The position numbers were made by a program, and so were the translations under genes. Positions 59,348-64,000 of a stretch of DNA of 64,000 nucleotides are shown in pieces; position 1 is the stretch's first letter; every line of letters starts with the position of its first letter. Source of the stretch: a virus. Below the pieces are notes generated by a model. That model saw only the letters and a program-made list of their open reading frames with translations. It did not search any database and was not told the DNA's origin. The DNA is taken from IMG/VR virus record IMGVR_UViG_3300005836_000012; one strand, written 5' to 3'.

Positions 59348-60784
59348 GTGGGCTACTCAGACGAGCTGTTCGCGCGAAAGCTGCAGCACAGCGGGATAGC
59401 CCCAACGCCGTCCCCGGACCCTGTGTTTCCGCTCTCGGCTGATGCCGGGGGCCGGTATCTGAAGCAGAACGACGGCACGCCGTTTCCGATCCTCGGCCGC
59501 ACATCGTGGGCGATCGTGTCGCTCTCGGCAGCGAACTACCGCGCCTATATCGACGACACGGCAGAGCGCGGATACAACACGATCGAGTGCGCGATCCCAC
59601 ATCACTGGCCGACCACAAACCAGCCGCCATTCGGCGGAGACGGAACGCTTCTTCCTTTTACGCATCGTCTTGATGGGTCGGATTACGCAGGGTCGCTGAC
59701 GTACTCAAACATCAACAACGAGGCGGCAGATTTCACCACGCTGAGCGAGCCATACTGGTCGTTCGTCGATGCCTTGCTGGACTACGCACGCGGCAAGGGC
59801 ATCCTGGTTCTGCTGTTCCTTTGCTACAACGGCAGCGTTGACACCCAAGGATGGATGGCTGAAATGGTCGCCAACGGAGCGACCAAGATGCAGGCATACG
59901 GCGCTGCGCTAGGCGCTCGATGGGCTGCGAAGACCAACATCGTATGGATGCTCGCTGGTGACTTCGGGGGCCCGAGCGCTCCGTATAGCGGCCCGCAGGA
60001 CACAGTGGAAAGCGCGTTCGTCACCGGCCTGACCGGCGTGACGAAGGTCTGCAACTTCTACAGCGCCGAACTCAGCGACGAGTCATCGTCAAGCGACGCG
60101 TCAACCACGAACCTGCAGGCAGCCATCAACTTGAATGGTGGGTACTCTCACGGCGGCGCCAGCGCGTTTTGGTGCAGACATGCATGGGACGCAAACCAGG
60201 GGCCGTCGTTCCTGCTCGAAGCTATCTACGATGAGGAGGGGCCTGACGGAAGCGATGAGAACAGCAACGCCACACAGCCGGTGCGTCGCGCGAACTGGTG
60301 GGGATGGCTGAAGTCGATCGGCGGGCACGTTCTAGGTAATGGGTATGTGTGGAAGTTCCTGCCAAGCGGCACGCCTCCCGGAACCGACAACTACGCGAGC
60401 CACCTAAACACGGCCTCGACGCAGCAGATGACGCTGATGGCTGCGTTCATTAAAAGCATCGAATGGTGGCGGCTGGTCCCGTCAGAGACAGTCGTGACCT
60501 CTGGCGGCGGGAATATCACCGATGTGCCGGCAGCCGACTACGTTCCTGCTGCGTACACCAGTCTCGGTGATCTACTGGTGGCATACATGCCGACCGGATG
60601 GGGAGGCAGCACCGGCATCGACATGACCGTGATGAGGGGAACAGCGACCGCGCAATGGTTCGATCCATCGGACGGCACGTACCACTCGATCGGATCGATC
60701 GCAAACACCGGATCGCACACGTTCACATCCCCAGGCAATAACGCGGCCGGTCAAGCTGACTGGGTTCTGAGGCTCGACGCATGA
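59348..60784 (+). CDS. Glycoside-hydrolase-like protein (DUF4038/GH140-type TIM barrel + collagen-binding-like C-domain)
   Basis: GTG start. RYLKQNDGTPFPILGRTSWAI, GYNTIE, NIVWMLAGDFGG. C-terminal WWRLVP...AQWFDPSDGTY...ADWVLRLDA as in DUF4038 plus Collagen_bind_2 proteins. Confidence 0.6.
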   Translation: MGYSDELFARKLQHSGIAPTPSPDPVFPLSADAGGRYLKQNDGTPFPILGRTSWAIVSLSAANYRAYIDDTAERGYNTIECAIPHHWPTTNQPPFGGDGTLLPFTHRLDGSDYAGSLTYSNINNEAADFTTLSEPYWSFVDALLDYARGKGILVLLFLCYNGSVDTQGWMAEMVANGATKMQAYGAALGARWAAKTNIVWMLAGDFGGPSAPYSGPQDTVESAFVTGLTGVTKVCNFYSAELSDESSSSDASTTNLQAAINLNGGYSHGGASAFWCRHAWDANQGPSFLLEAIYDEEGPDGSDENSNATQPVRRANWWGWLKSIGGHVLGNGYVWKFLPSGTPPGTDNYASHLNTASTQQMTLMAAFIKSIEWWRLVPSETVVTSGGGNITDVPAADYVPAAYTSLGDLLVAYMPTGWGGSTGIDMTVMRGTATAQWFDPSDGTYHSIGSIANTGSHTFTSPGNNAAGQADWVLRLDA

Positions 60785-61518
60785 GCATTGCATTCGTCCA
60801 ATCCGTGACTGGTGCCGGGGCAACGCTCGCGATCAACGGCGTGGTCCAGGGACACCTTCTGGTGATTCAGGACACTTTCTTCAAGGCGGGCTCAAGCTCC
60901 TATACGGAAACCAAGCCGAGCGACGCCAACGGAACGGTACAGGATGCTGTGCGTGTGGGCAGCGCATTGTTCAACCTCGATTCGGTCGGCACGTCCATCT
61001 GCTTCGTCGAGAATGCGTCGGCAGGAACGCATACGGTGACACCTGATGCGACGACCGGATCGCGGCACCTCACGATCACCGAGTTCAGCGGAATCCTGCA
61101 TAGCGGATCGCTGGATCAATCGAATCATGGGGAGTCGAACACTGCTGACATCACGTCAAGAAGCACGAACAGCACCGCGAACACGACGCAGAACGACGAG
61201 CTACTGATCGCTGGACTCGCGCTTGCTGCGTTCACAGGATCAGCGAACGTCGGCTACACAGACCCTCCCACAGGCGGATGGACGAAGCTGCAGTCATTCG
61301 TGAATGACTCGTCGGACGTGGCTGGATTCCACGCCTATCAGATCGTCGCCGCAACTGGCCCGCAAAGCTGCACGTTCAACTGGACAGCGCACGAGGCAGC
61401 AATGGGAGCGCAGGCAGTCATTGCCACGTTCAAGGCCGGCGACGACAGCACGGCCGACACCAAACTCGTCAAGCAGGGAACGCGTCCACGGGCCTTCGGC
61501 CCAGGCATCGCACGTTGA
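60781..61518 (+). CDS. Hypothetical protein
   Basis: 245 aa, ATGA overlap. Visibly lower GC3 than the genome average. Confidence 0.5.
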   Translation: MSIAFVQSVTGAGATLAINGVVQGHLLVIQDTFFKAGSSSYTETKPSDANGTVQDAVRVGSALFNLDSVGTSICFVENASAGTHTVTPDATTGSRHLTITEFSGILHSGSLDQSNHGESNTADITSRSTNSTANTTQNDELLIAGLALAAFTGSANVGYTDPPTGGWTKLQSFVNDSSDVAGFHAYQIVAATGPQSCTFNWTAHEAAMGAQAVIATFKAGDDSTADTKLVKQGTRPRAFGPGIAR

Positions 61519-61531
61519 AAAGGAGCACCAC

Positions 61532-62089
61532 ATGTCACGCCAATTCTGGGCCGAACTGATCGCATGGGCGACAGCCGATGGCACTGCCATCGCGAGCAGC
61601 ACGTCGGAGACGATCGTCTTTCCGAACGTCACCATCCCCGGCAACTACATGGCGGACGGCCGCGTGCTGCGGCTCACCGCGACGGGGCGCCTCGGCACCA
61701 CCGGCACGCCCACGATGCGCTTCCGACTGCGATGGGGCGGCGTTGCTGGGACGCTGATCTGGGACACCAACACGATCACCTGCGGCAGCGGGGTCACGGC
61801 CTCGCAGTGGCGCGTGATGATCGAGATTCAGACGCGCTCGAACGGCGCCAGCGGCACGCTGTTCGCCATGGGGGAGGGCATCATCGGCAGCGCCCTTGCG
61901 ACCACCGTTGGCAGCGCAACCGGGGCGCCAGCGTCAGGCGTCTACAGCTCTGGCGGGAACAACACGCCGGCCGCTGTGACGTGCGACCTGACGGCAGACA
62001 CGGCCCTGTCCTTCACAGCCGCATGGGGCACGTCGAACGCGTCGAACACGCTGACCGGCCACAACTACTTCCTGGAGTCGATGAACTGA
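61532..62089 (+). CDS. Hypothetical beta-rich protein
   Basis: 185 aa from ATG 61532 (AAAGGAG 7 nt upstream). Confidence 0.55.
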   Translation: MSRQFWAELIAWATADGTAIASSTSETIVFPNVTIPGNYMADGRVLRLTATGRLGTTGTPTMRFRLRWGGVAGTLIWDTNTITCGSGVTASQWRVMIEIQTRSNGASGTLFAMGEGIIGSALATTVGSATGAPASGVYSSGGNNTPAAVTCDLTADTALSFTAAWGTSNASNTLTGHNYFLESMN

Positions 62090-62265
62090 TGGACGACATC
62101 GAGCGACTGAAGCAAGAGGCAGCGGAGCAAAGCAAGGCGGGCCGCGAGGTGAGCGGCATGGCGACGGCGTTCCCGAAAAATCCCCCGCCGCCCGGCATGT
62201 CCTACTCGCGCAACCTCGCGCGCTTTCTCCAGCAGGGCGCCTTCGCGGTCCAGACCAAAGGCTGA
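62089..62265 (+). CDS. Hypothetical small protein (58 aa)
   Basis: ATG 62089 abuts the upstream TGA. MDDIERLKQEAAEQSKAGRE.... Confidence 0.4.
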   Translation: MDDIERLKQEAAEQSKAGREVSGMATAFPKNPPPPGMSYSRNLARFLQQGAFAVQTKG

Positions 62266-62267
62266 AC

Positions 62268-62477
62268 ATGAGCGACGATGCCGAACGCGCGAAGATGGCA
62301 ATGCTGCAGTACGCGCGGGCCAACAACATCGATAGCGCTCCGTTCGTGGCAGCGCTTGCGGAGGTGGTCGGCATGATCGCCGCGGTACTCGACCGCGAGG
62401 CGGGCTATCAGCGCTTCGACGAGCGCATGGCCGAGTTCACGGAAATGGCCCGCGCCTCGTATCTGAGGCCACGGTGA
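62268..62477 (+). CDS. Hypothetical small protein
   Basis: 69-aa GC3-rich ORF. Confidence 0.45.
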   Translation: MSDDAERAKMAMLQYARANNIDSAPFVAALAEVVGMIAAVLDREAGYQRFDERMAEFTEMARASYLRPR

Positions 62478-62481
62478 TGCG

Positions 62482-63189
62482 ATGCCCACGCGCTTCTACC
62501 TGCAGGCCAGCGGATCGATAAAGGCGCCGAACAACCCGGCGTTCGATGCAGGGTGGGAGCAGACCGGACAAGCCGGCCGGCTGCCGATGACGCTGAAGAA
62601 GCTACTGAAAGCGCCAACGGCTCTCGCGAACTGGACCGCGATCACCGTCCCGATCACGACGACGCAGCAGATTCTCGGCAATCAGTTCGTCTCGGATCAG
62701 GTCTTCGATCCGGTCCGCCTGGATGCCTCTGTGCTGTTTTCGATGGTCCTGCGCGGGCTCGAAAACGCGACCACGAACAACGTCTTCCTGGCCTATGTGC
62801 TCCGGGCCTTCACGGCAGACGGGCTCACCTCGCTTGGCACGCTTGCATCGAGCATGACGAATGCCGGCACCGAGTTCGTGGCAACGGCAGCTACCCGCAT
62901 CTTCGGAAACGGCACGACAACCATTGCGCTGACAGCCACGACCATCAGCCAGCCATGGCGGCTGGTGATCGACATCGGCGGGCATGCTCAAGCGCCGACC
63001 GTGGCGGGTTCGTACACTTATCGAACCGGGTCCAGCGCCGCCACCGATTTCGCCCTCACTTCAGCGCTGACGACTGACCTGAATCCGTGGATCGAGCTAT
63101 CGACTAACCTGAACGCACTGGTGATGAACAACTACCAGTCGATCAAGGCAGACAGCGGAATCAGCACCTCACTCGGGGCTGTGCGATGA
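62482..63189 (+). CDS. Hypothetical beta-rich (jelly-roll-looking) protein
   Basis: 235 aa, Thr/Ala/Asn-rich. Stop overlaps the next ATG. Confidence 0.5.
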   Translation: MPTRFYLQASGSIKAPNNPAFDAGWEQTGQAGRLPMTLKKLLKAPTALANWTAITVPITTTQQILGNQFVSDQVFDPVRLDASVLFSMVLRGLENATTNNVFLAYVLRAFTADGLTSLGTLASSMTNAGTEFVATAATRIFGNGTTTIALTATTISQPWRLVIDIGGHAQAPTVAGSYTYRTGSSAATDFALTSALTTDLNPWIELSTNLNALVMNNYQSIKADSGISTSLGAVR

Positions 63190-64000
63190 GCTTCCCGCAG
63201 CGGCGAGTTCCCAACTTCAGCTTCGCGCGCGTCGAGCCGGCGCCGCCGAGCGGAGCCACGGATGTCTTCTGCAGCGTCGGGAACCTGATTCTCGGGCGCG
63301 TCAACGCCACCATTGCCGTCCCGCTGACCATCAACGCGAGCATCGGCAACCTCGCTCTCGGTTCGGTCAATGCCGCGGTGAAGATTGCCACGGCCGTCAA
63401 TGCGACCCCAGGGCAGTTGACGCTCGGCGCCAAGAACGCCAGCGTGGCCATCGCCACGGCCATCAACTGCGGCGTCGGCAACCTCGTGCTCGGCAGCGTG
63501 GCGGCCAGCGTCAGCACAAGCGCGGCCACCACGATCGCGGCGACGGTCGGCGACCTCACGCTCGGCGCGGTGCAGGCCGCTGTCGTCACTCAAACGACGG
63601 TCGGCGCTTCTCCGGGTTCGCTGGTGCTTGGGGGAGTTCCGGCCTCGGTGGCGATCCAAACCACGATCGCGGCCACGGTTGGCCAGCTGGTGCTTGGCGC
63701 AAAACAGGCCGCGGTGGTCCTTCCGACCGTTGTGCCGGCTGCACCCGGCGCGCTGGTGCTGGGTGGGACTCATGCGGCGGTCGCATCGCAGACTACCGTG
63801 GACGCGTCTACGGGCAGCCTCGTGCTCGGTGGCGTCCCGGCCGCGCTCGTGCTGCCTACCGTCGTTCAGGCATCCAGCGGCGTGCTGCTGCTTGGCGGCG
63901 TGCCGGCATCCGTGTCGCTGCCGACCGTCATCGCCTGCTCGGTCGGCCAGCTCGTGCTGGGCTCCGTTGCCGCCGACGTAGCGCTGGGCAGCGAAACGAC
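63186..64000 (+). CDS. Tandem-repeat (22-aa unit) protein, N-terminal part; open at the window edge
   Basis: Not in the ORF track (no stop in the window). ATG 63186 overlaps the upstream TGA. MSFPQRRVPNFSFARVEPAPP... then 11 repeat units to nt 64000. Confidence 0.65.
   Translation, partial: MSFPQRRVPNFSFARVEPAPPSGATDVFCSVGNLILGRVNATIAVPLTINASIGNLALGSVNAAVKIATAVNATPGQLTLGAKNASVAIATAINCGVGNLVLGSVAASVSTSAATTIAATVGDLTLGAVQAAVVTQTTVGASPGSLVLGGVPASVAIQTTIAATVGQLVLGAKQAAVVLPTVVPAAPGALVLGGTHAAVASQTTVDASTGSLVLGGVPAALVLPTVVQASSGVLLLGGVPASVSLPTVIACSVGQLVLGSVAADVALGSET
63270..64000 (+). repeat. In-frame 66-nt tandem repeats, about 11 units
   Basis: Examples: GNLILGRVNATIAVPLTINASI / GNLALGSVNAAVKIATAVNATP / GQLTLGAKNASVAIATAINCGV / GNLVLGSVAASVSTSAATTIAATV .... 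Confidence 0.8.

Noticed and set aside
63270-64000. Regular 66-nt repeats as a possible CRISPR array or satellite
   Set aside because: The repeats are contiguous with no spacers, in frame, degenerate at the DNA level but conserved at the peptide level, and lie inside an ORF with a coupled start. They are coding tandem repeats.

Overview
The whole 64-kb window is phage DNA. It is a high-GC (about two-thirds G+C by eye, not computed), densely packed siphovirus-type genome. I saw no host flanks, tRNA/rRNA, CRISPR array or recognisable integrase. The ORF open at nt 1 and the ORF open at nt 64000 carry the same 22-aa/66-nt tandem repeat and join in frame, so the window looks like a circularly permuted, complete or near-complete genome. 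Layout: (1) 54.2-64.0 kb plus 0-3.6 kb is packaging/head: TerS, TerL, portal, a ~6-kb insertion with a DUF4038/GH140-like hydrolase and the repeat protein, a MuF-like protein, and a pyrophosphatase-like/zeta-kinase-like fusion. (2) 3.6-5.8 kb is a reverse-oriented accessory cassette launched from a palindromic bidirectional promoter. (3) 5.9-25.9 kb holds protease-scaffold, capsid, connectors, tube, G/GT chaperone with a CCCGGGG -1 slip site, tape measure, GTA-type tail tip, fibres and lysis genes. (4) 26.1-31.5 kb is a leftward early operon (Cro-like, DUF1376-like, RusA-like, Lar-like, XRE). (5) 31.6-40.4 kb is a rightward early operon (ERF, PD-(D/E)xK nuclease, HNH-like, NinB, methyltransferase). 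(6) 40.4-42.0 kb is a lone AAA+ ATPase. (7) 42.1-53.5 kb holds unknown genes followed by the most unusual element. That element is a ~9-kb operon predicted to make an N-acylated amino-dideoxy-sugar (4,6-dehydratase, DegT aminotransferase, NeuD-type acyltransferase, Rieske oxygenase, ACP + KAS III + SDR), coupled to a GT41/HMW1C-like glycosyltransferase. All functional calls come from reading motifs in the translations, not from database searches. The ORF track renders GTG/TTG starts as M, and many starts were re-placed using RBS and ATGA/GTGA stop-start overlaps.
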